DNA of 64,000 nt from Minutocellus sp. GHC0000111 (lineage: Eukaryota), in contig OZ361261.1 in assembly GCA_977018835.1 (NCBI GenBank), forward strand, positions 1,488,001 through 1,552,000, in the 5' to 3' direction. Position numbers and translations under genes: made by a program. Under the pieces are notes generated by a model that searched no databases, was not told the origin of the DNA, and was given only the letters and a program-made list of their open reading frames with translations. This document shows positions 47,538 through 59,192 of the stretch, one piece after another (position 1 is the stretch's first letter; each line of letters starts with the position of its first letter).

Positions 47538-48259
47538 GCGGCTGATTCTTCTTCTTCTTCTTAAGAGGATGGAACATGTCTGCTGACGATGGTCGTCTCG
47601 GGTTGTATCAGGAGAAGTGTTTACTTTGGTTGGTTGGCTGTTTGTATGGTATGGTATGGTGGGTTGGTTTCTTTTGTCCGAAACGTTTGCATTCGAATAT
47701 ACATGAACGCAGCAAAGGCTAAATGAATAGGAGGGAGGAAGGTGTCAGGTGTCGGGACAGCCATGCAGTGACTGTTCTCTGGAGTTATTATGTGCCCAGG
47801 GAAGGTCAAGAAAGCCGTTTGGTTTGTTTGGCCGATTATATCGCATATTTGATCTGCAGGGGAGGATCACTTGATACCGTCTTCGCCTCCTTTCTCCATT
47901 TGGCCGCGATGTGTTCAGTATAGGTACATAAAGAGTAATGTGTAAGTTTGTAGTACTTTCTATTGTGTGCCTAGCCTGTACTAGATCTACTTAGTACAGG
48001 CGAGCTCGGTGAGAGCCCGCAATGCAGTCGAAGAGATCATCTCTTCATAGGTTCCTAGCTTATATTGGGGCCTTATGCTAGCGTGCCTCGGTCCGTGCAT
48101 TGAAAGAGATCATTTACAGATGGGAACGCGATATTGATCGCCCTATTGAGCCAGACGGCATACGATAAAGTTCCAACGATGGAAAGAGACAGGATGGAAA
48201 GGCAAATTTTTTGAAGCGACGTGGTTTGGCGAATCACAACATCCTGAATCACATTCAGA

Positions 48260-48481
48260 TGCTTTTTCAATTTTGCCAGCCCGGGTCTTGAATGCGCCTC
48301 ATTGCTTGCACGCCTCAATCGACACCACCTTTCCACTGGTGGCGGCAGCTGCCTTCTTTGTGGCGGCGGCGGGAGACTTCTTCGCTGCCGCAGGCTTCTT
48401 GGCCTTGGCGGCCGATGCCTTCTTGGCTGGGGAGGCGCTGGCCTTCTTTCCAGCGGCAGACAAACGCGTGGTCCTTGCCAT
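48260..48481 (-). CDS. SELENOH: Selenoprotein H-like gene, 5' part only; in-frame TGA (48299-48301) probably encodes Sec
   Basis: Lys/Ala-rich N-terminus, then VVSIEACKQ-TGA-GAFKTRAGKIEKA, the SelH CxxU motif. Family similarity stops at about 48260. Confidence 0.75.
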
Positions 48482-48698
48482 AGTTGCTTGTATACGATAG
48501 CCTTTGGCTTTGTGCGATTGTAAGGAGTCGGTAGTATGCGGCGCGGTGAGTCAGCATGAAGGCGTCAGGCGAGAGGAGGCTGGTGGTTTTGAGTCGAGTG
48601 AGTCTATCATGCCGGTACCGGCACACTTCCGAGCATCATCTGCTTCAGGAAATTGAGGGAAGGTGTCAAATAACGTAGGTAGCTATGTATCTAATCTA

Positions 48699-50561
48699 TT
48701 AGGCCAAGGCTTCCGAATTGCTCTCACTTCGCAAGTTTCCCCATTTGCTGAGAGTCAATGGGCTTCCACAAGCCCAACAGTACCACGCCTTCTCCCTATG
48801 TGGTTTCTCGTCACAGATGCTGCAAGCAAGTAACTTGTTTGTCTTCGTACGTTTGTAGCTTCCGTCCGCCTGGAGAACATCGGTCTCCTCGTAGAGCAAT
48901 TCATCTTCAAGCAAGTCGCCATTGGCGCCCTTCTTGGAAAGTAACTTTTTGGCCTCAAGGTCGCGTCTGAAATCGAGCAGAGCGTCGACAAATGCTGTCA
49001 CTTGCAACGGAATAATCGCCGCACCAGCTAAAATGGTGGCACAGACAGCCATGCGGCCCAGCGCCGTCATTGGTACAATGTCACCAAAGCCGACCGTGGT
49101 AACCTGTGAATGCAATCAATCGATGGTGTTCGGGACAAAGATATTATTTGATGTGAGTGTTCGCTCTGGATCGAGCTAGAAAACGTACGCTATGAGGTCA
49201 CGGGAAAAGAGGAAGATAAGTACACGTCGACTTACGGTTGTGAGTACAAAATAAAGCGAAGATGGGAAGTCAGTGAATGCAGGGTTGACGACATGCTCCG
49301 CTGTATACACTAGGCCGGCCGACACCGTCAACAGGGTGAAGACGGTGAGGATTACTCTAGCAAGTTGAAGATGATATTTGCGGACATCCTGCCCGAATCT
49401 AAGCCCTGTCGCAACCTGAAAACGTTCAAAGGTCTCAAAGTCTACCAAGAAACGCTGGAAACGCAGAAGTCTCAATAGGCGTAGGTTGACCAAGAGATGG
49501 TCTTCCAGTACCTTGCTCCCGAACGGTAGTTTCGTGACCAAATTCGTCGCTAGGGGTAGCACGGACAGAAAATCCACAATCACCAAGGGTTTGATGAGAT
49601 GCGAAGGCCGCAGCCCATTGCAGTACCACCGCAGCAAATTTTCGAGCAAAAAGAGGAGAGCAATGCCATCCTCGGCAAAATTCATCACGGCGTGGATTGG
49701 CGCTGGCAATCCCGCCACAGTTCCCGCGGCAACGAACACCGACGATAGCAGAACCAGTAGAGACAGTTTGAATTCGACCAACGGCGCCGACAGGATCAGG
49801 CGGAGGGTTCGAGATCCGGGAAGAGGACGGCGCTGCTGCTGCTGCTGCTTTCGTTCGTTGCCGACATTGTTTGTATTGGTGCCGTCGCTGTCGCCATTGC
49901 CATTGTTATCGCCAATGTCGTGACCTGCCACAACTGCCGCTATCGCGCCTTTGTCGATTGCCGTGCGTGTATCAGCCCCCGTAGCGCCACTAATAGCACC
50001 ATGACTATGCAATTCACCGTCAACCAGTAGCTCTGCCCCTTCTTCATCATCATCGTTTCTCATGTTGGCAGCGCTTTCCCGTAATCTCGTAGCCATGGAG
50101 GAGAACTTGCTGCTCATGAGGAGCCTTCGGAGCCACTTCGGGAGCGATTTCCTCCGCGTCGAGGCGAAGAGTCGTCGACCCCCCAGCCTTCGGGAGGGGT
50201 ATCGGTGATACCTGTATCCACCGCCTCTTGTATTCTTGCCGCCGCTTGATGACGACGATGACTTGAGACTGTCGGCCGTGCTGATGGGCTTGGCGGCTGC
50301 GTCGTCGTTGTCGGCGGCGGCAGGGCTGGATGTTGCTTGAAGCAGCAGTGCATGGCTACTATGGCGTCGATTGAAAATGTGGCACTTTGCATGGCGTGCA
50401 TGCGGATGTAGATGTACTGGCAGTATTCGAGAATGAGGGCGGCTGCAGGCGAAGGCAAATTTACATGGAGGAACCGCAGCAGCTGCTGCTTCCCTCACGC
50501 AGACAAAAGAGACGAAGGCGCAGACTACATAGGCATGCGCATAAATGCTGCCTGTCGCCAT
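48699..50561 (-). CDS. Six-TM voltage-gated K+ channel with a C-terminal zinc ribbon; intron 49104-49235
   Basis: S4 LRLLRLLRFQRF; pore LYFVLTT|VTTVGFGDIVP; C-terminal CSIC...H...YCWACG; signal-like N-terminus. Confidence 0.88.
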
Positions 50562-50855
50562 GGTCTTATCGGAGCCGCACGACGAGCAATCAAACAATAT
50601 GAATGAGGAGGAGCATCCATCAGCAGCCATCGGCGCCATGCGTCATCGTCGGGTTGGTTGGCTACGTTGAGCTGGCTGGGATTCTGAGTCGAGTGAGTCA
50701 TAATGTCACACTCTGCCATCACAGGCGGAACGAACAGCAGTGGCCGAAAGATTCTCAATGGCACTTGCTGTGCCCATCAATCAAATTACGCAGCCACGAC
50801 ATAAACCAAACGCAAATAGAATGAAACAGCAGAGACAATATCAGTAGCAGAGAGA

Positions 50856-53800
50856 ATGAACTCAAAACTATCAAATCAATCGTCGGCACCACCAGCGCCA
50901 GACGAACAGGGTGATGCTTATTGCCCACCGCCATCATCCGGAAAAGATTTGGTGCGTCAAGACAGTTCGGATTCGAACTCATGCAGCAGCCCAGAAGTAG
51001 CCGAGATTGGTCGGGCCTTTGTCGATGAAGACAGCGGTGCGAATGATCAGCAATACTCCTTTGAAGACCGGGCTCGACCGTGGCAGCACTGGACGCTTTC
51101 GTATCTCAACCCTCTGCTTCGGCTGGGCGCACGGAAAGTTCTGGCCGTGGAGGATTGCGGCAAACCAAGTCATGGCGATTCCGCCAGTTTTGTTCATGGC
51201 ACTGTGGTGGCCGCGTGGGAAGAGGAAGTGGAACGGGCCCAGGTTGAGACAAAGCGATTGCAAGAGAAAGAAGCCGAAAAGAAGGCAAGGACAGCACGAC
51301 GAAAGAAAAAGAAGGCGGGCGGTATGTCGACGGCACAAATTGTAGCCGCGACAGGAGATGATGATCCAAAGCAAGTTGTTGAAGCTGAGGAGTCGTCGAC
51401 AGCACAAATTGTAGCCGCGACTGATGATGACAAAAAGCAAGGCGGGCCTGAAGCTGAGTCATTCAAAATGCCAAATGGATCAATACCTCAGTCCAAACCC
51501 AGGATAATTCACCCGTCACTGACGAGAGCAATCTTCAAGGCATTCTGGCCGTGGCGCGTCGTCTACGCCATCCTGCTCTTGTTCCTCTCTTCCCTACTAT
51601 CGTTTGTGCCGATCCTTCTCCTGAACGATCTGGTCAAATATGCCGAAGCTCTCAATGCTGGTCTCGAACATGATGGATATGTCAATCCGTGGGTGGAGGT
51701 CGCCGGTTTGTTCGTTGTTCCTCTTGTTGCGTCGATTTTACTCACGCGCCACATGGTCATCATGCAGCATTGCGCTGTGTTTGCTCGGACTGCGTGCTCT
51801 ACATTGTTATTTCAAAAGGCTCTCCGTGTGTCTCCGTCGGGCAGGGCTCGAACCAATACAGGCCAAGTGGTCAACATGATGAGTGTGGATACCAATGTTA
51901 TCATGAGATTCGTTCAACTGGCGGGCATGACGGTTGTGACACCCCTTCAGATTGTAATCAGTTTGGTACTGATTGAGAAGCAAGTCGGGTCTGCAACTTG
52001 GGTAGGCATTGGGTTCTTATTCGCCCTCATTCCTCTCAATGCAATCATTTTCTCCTCGGTGGCCAAGCTGCGGCGACTAGTTCTCAAGTGGCAAGATGCT
52101 CGGGTGAAGATGACAAACGATGTTCTCACGGGCATTCGCGTTATAAAGTATATGGCGTGGGAACGTCCCTTCAGAGGAGAGATTGGGAACGTTCGAGAGG
52201 AGGAGTTAAAGGCCCTGACCACCCTTACGTTGGTCATGTTGGTCGGGTTTTCGGCCATTCTGTTCGCGGCTCCAATCATTCAAATCATCCTTTTCTTTAT
52301 GACATACGTGCTGACGCAAACGCAGCCGTTGACTGCCAGTGTTGCCTTTACCACCGTCGCGCTTTTCAATATGCTGCGCTTTCCCTTTGCAATCCTTCCA
52401 ATGGGGGCTATGCAGTGGATCCAGGCTCAGATTGCAATGAATCGGATGAGGAAATACCTTAGTTTACCGGAATTAAAAAAGTATGTTGTCGATGGAGAGG
52501 ATCCAGCGAGAGATGACGACGATGGTGAAGGAGGTCCAGCAAGTATAAGCATGACTGGATGCACATTCGCTTGGTCTGATGGATCTATAGACTCTGGCAA
52601 GCCACTTTTCAAGGATATTGATGCCAAAGAGAAAGAAAACAAAAGAGCGTCGTCCAATAGGCGCAGCAGTATGCGAACAAGCAGCATATTTCGACGAATT
52701 TCGGTCAGGGATCGTGGCCATGACAGCAAGGCCACCAGCAGTACCAACGGCGAGTCGCTTGCAGATGTAGAATTGGAGTCTTTAGGGTCATCGCATCCGT
52801 TTGTCCTCAGAGATATTACTTGCCGCATCAAGCCCGGATCATTGACGTGTGTCATTGGGGAAGTGGGATGCGGCAAATCTTCTTTTTTATCGGCCATGTT
52901 GGGCGAGATGGAGGCTCTGGATGAGTCAAAAGTCTACATTCCTCGAGGCGAGCAGGGTAGCGAAGCTGTCAATTTTGCGGCATTTTGCAGTCAATCACCA
53001 TGGGTAGTAAATGCGACACTTCGCGACAACATTGTTTTTGGACGCGCATTTGACCAAATGAGATATGATAAGGTACTGGATGCATGTGCTCTAAGGGCGG
53101 ATATTGCAATCTTGCCCTCAAAGGACATGTGTGAGATTGGTGAGCGCGGTGTGGGCCTGAGCGGGGGGCAGAAGGCTAGAGTTTGTTTAGCGCGAGCTCT
53201 TTACTCGCCCGAAACTTCCCTGCTGTTGCTCGATGATCCCCTTTCAAGCGTTGATTCGCATGTAGGAGAACACCTTTTCAATGAAGCCATATCGGGCGAC
53301 CTTACAAAGGAGGTTACACGCGTTATGGTCACACACCACACACAATATTTGCATCGATGCGATTGGATTATTATCATGGAAGAGGGTAAGATCAAAGAGC
53401 AAGGAACGTACTCTCAATTGCTTGAGAGAGGGATCAACTTCGCCGGAGCGGTCAATGCACGAGGCGATAGATCTAGCCTGAATCAAAGTGCAAACGTAAA
53501 TCCCATTGAGGCGCCGATGACTGCAAAGGAAGCCAGCACGTCTCTTGATGGTGATGATAAAACAAATTCAAAAGCTACGCCGGCGGAGGGAGACAAGCGC
53601 CATTCGCTCGTCACTGCAGAAGGTCGAGAGGAGGGAGCCGTTGCCAAAGAGGCTTACTATCTCTACATCCAAGCGGGAACAATATTTCTTGCCGTAATAT
53701 TTCTCGTGTTCCAGGCAGGGGCCAAAGCATTTGAAGTTCTCTCGTCGTTCTGGCTGGCGAAGTGGGCTGATGACACCGTAGCCGCCGAGGTGGTTGGAGA

Positions 53801-55519
53801 TCCTCTCACTGACTCACAGATAATGCGGTATCTCTTGATATATGCCGCCTTTGGGTTGTGTGGTGTTGGATTTCTGATTGCTCGGGGATATGCACTTGCC
53901 TATCATCGCCTCCGCTCAAGTCGAAAACTGCACGCTGATATGCTCAAATCCATTCTGAGAGCCCCAGTTTCATTTTTCGATGTTACACCGGCAGGAAGGA
54001 TTATCAATCGATTCAGTTATGATATGGACAAAATTGATTTGGAGCTAGGACATGTAATGTCTCAGGGTGCCAACATTGTCTTTGCCGTTCTAGGGGCTAT
54101 CGGAGCGATGGCGGCAGCGACAAAAGGAACCTTTCTCATCGTTCTCCTCCCTCTCGGGTGGGTCTACTACCGCATTCAAAGGTGCGTTTCTTGGGATTAT
54201 TTTACTACTCAAGGATTGCTTCAGTGCATCTGGTTTAGATCTCACAAATGGCTCGGCGTTGCACAATATATTACCACCAATTTTCATTTCTATTCTCAGG
54301 TGGTTCCGCAAGACTTCAACTGAATTGGGCCGTCTCTTCTCCGTTACCAAGTCTCCAAAATTTGCAGACTTTTCGCAAATGCTGGCTGGCGTTACAGTCA
54401 TAAGGGCGTATGGAGAAGAAGCTGCGCGTTTCACCAGGCTTAGGGGAGAGTTCGATAAGAACAACCTATGCTACATGCTACTTGTTGCAGCAGATTAGCT
54501 TCCATTGGATAGCTCTGCGCCTTGATGTTATTGGTGGACTGATAAGTCTCTTTGTCGCGGCCGTTGCCGTAGGCACTGCGTCGACGAGTGTCAGCATCCC
54601 TGCGGGTTGGCTCGGACTTGCCTTGACCTATTCTATTGAGATTGTAACCTACCTCAAGCACATGGTGAGAATGCTAGCAACACTGGAGGCCGACATGTCC
54701 AGTGTAGAACGCGTGTTGGAGTTTGCTCGTGACATCAAACCAGAGGCTCCGGAATTCCAAGAAGATTGTGATCCAAAGAAAGAAGAGTGGCCGACGTCAG
54801 GAGAAATTGTTGTTAGTGACATATCCATGCGCTATCGAAATGGGCCACTTGTTCTCAAGAATCTTTCGTTCTCGATCCGGGGAGGCGAAAAGATTGGCGT
54901 TGTTGGGCGCACTGGCAGTGGCAAGTCGAGCTTGATGAATGCACTGCTTCGCATAGTTGAGATTGAACCCGACGGGGGCAAGATTTTAATCGATGGTGTT
55001 GATACCTCCACTCTTGGCACCTCGGTCTTGCGTTCTGGAATGTCAATCATCCCCCAAGAGGCCGTTCTCTTTGCCAACACCATTAGGTACAATGTTGATC
55101 CCTTCCACGAGAACACCGATGATGAAATCTGGGTAGCATTGGAAAAGGTTCAGTTGGCGGGCATCATTGCAGCGATGGCGGCCGGACTGGAAACTCAGGT
55201 TGCGGAAGGCGGAGACAACTTTAGTCAGGGTCAGCGGCAACTGCTATGCATAGCCCGTTCTTTGCTTAGGAAGCCTCGTATTCTCATCATGGACGAAGCT
55301 ACAGCCTCCATCGATAACACGACCGACGCCGACATCCAACGAATGATCCGTGAGAACTTTGTCGATGCCACCATTTTGACCATTGCCCATAGGCTTCATA
55401 CGATTTCCGATGCGGATCGAATTCTTGTCCTCGACGACGGGAAGCTCGCCGAATTCGACTCGCCATCGGCGCTCCTTGCCGCTGACGGAATATACGCCTC
55501 CATGATGAGAAAGGAATGA
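50856..55519 (+). CDS. ABCC/MRP transporter; intron 54182-54299; frameshifted by a 7-bp duplication at 54468-54481 (possible pseudogene allele)
   Basis: TMD1-NBD1 ([24 protein letters not shown]) followed by TMD2-NBD2 ([25 protein letters not shown]). Confidence 0.9.
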
Positions 55520-55588
55520 ACCATATATATGCATATATAATTGCAACATAAATAGAGAATAGAAAATGCGGTGCAATGTCTACGCATG

Positions 55589-55620
55589 TTTCTATCTGAT
55601 ATTATTTCTATCTGATATCA
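55589..55620. repeat. 16-bp tandem duplication TTTCTATCTGATATYA
   Basis: Two adjacent copies with one mismatch, downstream of the ABCC stop. Confidence 0.8.
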
Positions 55621-56136
55621 TCGGCAATTTACTCGAGTATGCTTAGGGGGTTGTGTACCTCCCAGATCAAGCATATTTCACTCTTTTCTCAGCATTTATG
55701 AACGTACCGAATGCAAATGAATGCATTGTAGTATCGATACATCGCATAGTTGCGTCATTCAAAAAGCGAACAATCAAATAAAGGATCCCAATAATATGCG
55801 CGACAGTCTTTTGATTCTCTCTGCGGGCAGCTTGCTGATGATGATTGAAGGTTTGTGTATAATGCGGCGATTGTGCGTGCCATCGGATGTTCAAATGAGT
55901 CGATTCCCCCCCCCGCCCCAACCGTGATATCCCCCACTTGGTATAAAAATCAACTGTACAGCGGAAGGCCGGGGTGTTGAGGACTCATTCCAACATTCCA
56001 ATTCTATCAGCACATCACCACGCATCGTCTACACACAGACTCTAGCCAACCATCATCAACAACCTCAATGTACAAGCGCATGCAAACGCAAATGCGCAAT
56101 GCACATCGATGCTATGAAAAAGCCACCCTACGAACC

Positions 56137-56712
56137 TCATCCTTGCTTCTTAAAGTCCTTCATATTGGTCGTCGCCACCGTCCTACCGAACAGCTTGAGA
56201 CCGCCCATGGCACTGACATCCCCCCCGTCGTTCTCCTCGACGAAGAACGTGATGGACCTCACCCTCTGGAACTTGACGAACTGCAGCTTGATGGGGTCGG
56301 CACCCTCCTTGAGGTCGGCCGCGGTAAGTTCAATGACCTGGGTCGGGTCGACGTCTTCCACATCCTCAAAGCCCATGTTGCATCTGTTGACGTACAGCTT
56401 GACCAGCGTCGGTGCCTCCGAGGGGTCCCGTCCGGAGTTGAATTCCGTAAACTTGATGGAGTGGACCTTGACGAACTCGTTGAATTCGATGTGCAGGATG
56501 AGCTGCTCGTCGGCGTCGGACTTGCACCCCAGCCGCGTGTCGCCGATGAGGAGGTTGGTCCAGGGGTACTGGGAGCTTTCGTTGCGGGCGTAGCACTGGG
56601 ACTTGTCGATCTTGTCCGAGAGGTCTTTGTTCTTCCCGTCGTCGGCGGGAGCGGCGGGAGGTGCGCCGGCGGCGGCACCTGCCGGGCCACCCATCATTCC
56701 TGGCATCATCAT
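56137..56712 (-). CDS. PITH-domain protein (TXNL1/PITHD1-like)
   Basis: KSDADEQLILHIEF...VKVHSIKF...PTLVKLYVN...GFEDVE...LQFVKFQRVRSITFFVEEN. Confidence 0.9.
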   Translation of the reverse strand: MMMPGMMGGPAGAAAGAPPAAPADDGKNKDLSDKIDKSQCYARNESSQYPWTNLLIGDTRLGCKSDADEQLILHIEFNEFVKVHSIKFTEFNSGRDPSEAPTLVKLYVNRCNMGFEDVEDVDPTQVIELTAADLKEGADPIKLQFVKFQRVRSITFFVEENDGGDVSAMGGLKLFGRTVATTNMKDFKKQG

Positions 56713-57084
56713 GGTTGCTGTTGAAAAGAAGAACGAGGGGATGAGGTTTAGAGTAGGGAGGAGAGGGTCAGGTGAGTGATCAGTCGTGTGGTTGTGTCTT
56801 TTTTTTGGCGGTTGGCTGGTTCTTCTTTACATGTTTGCGCTGCACGATACATGTACTCGGAATCATCCGTCGCCCACCCCCACCAACACACACAGACACA
56901 GACACATTAGCCTCACCTAACTGTTGATTTTGAGTCGGCGCTTGGTTGCGGAGAGAGGCCGTCGTCGGTACTACTCCTTCTCTTTCCACCGTTGTTTTGT
57001 GGTGCGAGGAGGCGAGATGCTGAAAAATCCGGCAGTGGAAATGACACGTCATTTTGTCGTCGAATGGAAATCCATTTTTCAACC

Positions 57085-58878
57085 ATGACGACGATGGTAC
57101 CGGCAACCTCCGCCGCAGACGCAACCCGCGCCGCCGCCACCGACAATGCGGCCAGGGTCGACGACAGGGAGGCGCGCTTCCTGGCCTCGCAGTCGGCCCG
57201 CCTCCAGCAGGCCGCTTCGTCCGGCACCGGCAGGTCGGCGAGAAGGGGAGACGAAAGCGACGGGGCAAATGACGAGGCCGCTGCTGCAGCTGTGAGGACG
57301 CAGTTCTGGGATGGCTTCCGCTCTTGCTGTGCAGCACTGTCCAAGGAACTGGAGGATATTGAATCAGGAGCGATTCTGGCTGATCGGGTGGATAATGGAG
57401 ATGGTGATTGCGGTACTGATTGCGGCAATAATGGAGATGGCGGCAGCGCCATCTGCGAGTACGCCACGGCCTCCGCCCGGGCGGTCGCCTCGTCGCGGCT
57501 CGATGCGGCGCTGGCATCCCTCCGCCTCTTGGAGAGGCACTGTCTCTCCACTTCTTCGTCGTCGTCATCGGCTGAGCCAACGTCTTCTGTTGCGTCGTCA
57601 CCTTCACCTACGACTGTGGCTGGCGAATCCGATGCTGCCAATGAAAAGGGGAGCAGCAGCATCGACCTGCAGCTGAATTTACCCGCGACGGTACCGGACC
57701 ATCTGCCCCCAGGGGACGTGCGGTTGCTCACGACAGAATTGGGGTCGTTGCAGAATCGTCTGGAAGAATTGCGGGAGGACATCTGCCCCCCGGAGCTGTT
57801 CGTCTTTCGGAGGTATCGGGCTGCCATGGCCGCCAGGAGGGAGAGCCACATGAAGGAAAGTGAAGAGGGGGACGAGGCTGACTGTGATGCTGTATCCTCG
57901 GTCGCTGCTGGCATGGATAGTCTTGCTGTATCGAGCAACAGTCCATCGGGGGGCAAGATTGATGGGAACGAAAACGAAGAGGAGCATCTGGAGCAGCACT
58001 ACGGCTCCTCCATTCGCAGTCAGAACAACTGCATCATCGAGATTACTGATTCCGAGATACTGTCCGGCAGCACTTCCGAGGAGGACGCCACCAGTGCCAA
58101 TGCCAAGGCCAAGGCGGCCACCACCTCCACACCACTGGGTGCAGCTGATGTTGGATCGTCACTCTTGATCAAGGACGTGGAGCGATGTCAGATTTCCATG
58201 TGAGTTGACCTGCTACCACGTATCGCAGTGGGAATGGAATTGCTTTGCATTATTTACCACGTAGAATGAATAAGACCTCACCCTGTGTGCTTTCGTCTCG
58301 ACTTATCTCCCTAAACCACTCTTTCATTCATTCGTAGCAACCGTCAATACCAATCCATTCACATCATCAATGCCATCGACTGCACCATTACGGCTCATTT
58401 TGCCATATCAGGACCGGTTCATGTTACCAACTGTCACGGCACGACGATATCCGCTGCCTGCCGGCAGCTTCGCATCCATGATTGTACCGCCGTGACCTTT
58501 CGGGTTTGGGTCAAGAGCGGACCGATCATTGAACATTGCAGCGAAATGGTCTTTCGGGGAGATCCCATCGATGTTCGCGGGAGTGATGGTGGTGTCAATG
58601 GCAATGATGACACCGGAGGGGTGTACCACTGGGACGAGGCTGCCAATATGTATCACGATGTCAAGGACTTTTGCTGGCTGAGGACGGGCGTTCCCAGTCC
58701 CAACTTTACGGTCGTTCAATGCAGCGACAGTGGCCCAGAGGAAGGTAGAAGTGTGGATGAAGGAGCTGACGAAAAATGTGCTGGTCGTGGCCAGGATCAG
58801 GAGGTCACTGCCAATGACGCTGCCATTACCCATGATGATGATGGCGACGCCTCCTCGTCGGATGAAGATGAACTGTAA
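57085..58878 (+). CDS. TBCC: Tubulin-folding cofactor C (TBCC) domain protein; intron 58200-58337
   Basis: N-terminal helical region (HLPPGDVRL, FVFRR). Spliced C-terminal GPVHVTNCHG...CRQLRIHDC...SGPIIEHC...VKDFCWLR...SPNF. Confidence 0.85.
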
Positions 58879-59192
58879 ATCAGTTTGCCCCGTCTAGCTG
58901 TGCAGCTACGCTGTACCTAGGTACCTGGGCGATTGAATTTTTTAGCAGCACTGGATAGTAGGGCATTGGTTTAGTGCTAGCTAATGAATTCCTTCAGATG
59001 AGTCGCTAGAAATGTGAAAACGATGGTACATCGTTCATGAAGACGAATGAGACGCAAAACTCATAGGAAATGATGTCGCCCTGACGTAAATAACTCCTCG
59101 CACTCTACTCCTCGCCAGACGCTCCTCTGCCATCTCCCACGTCTTCCGTACTCAAAGACAACAAAGCCATAGCACCCTCCTCTTCTCTTCTC

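Noticed and set aside
47950..48140. SECIS element downstream of the SelH fragment
   Set aside because: ATGA motifs are present but lack the AUGA-N11-12-AA...GA spacing and helix; the nearby palindrome is not SECIS-shaped.
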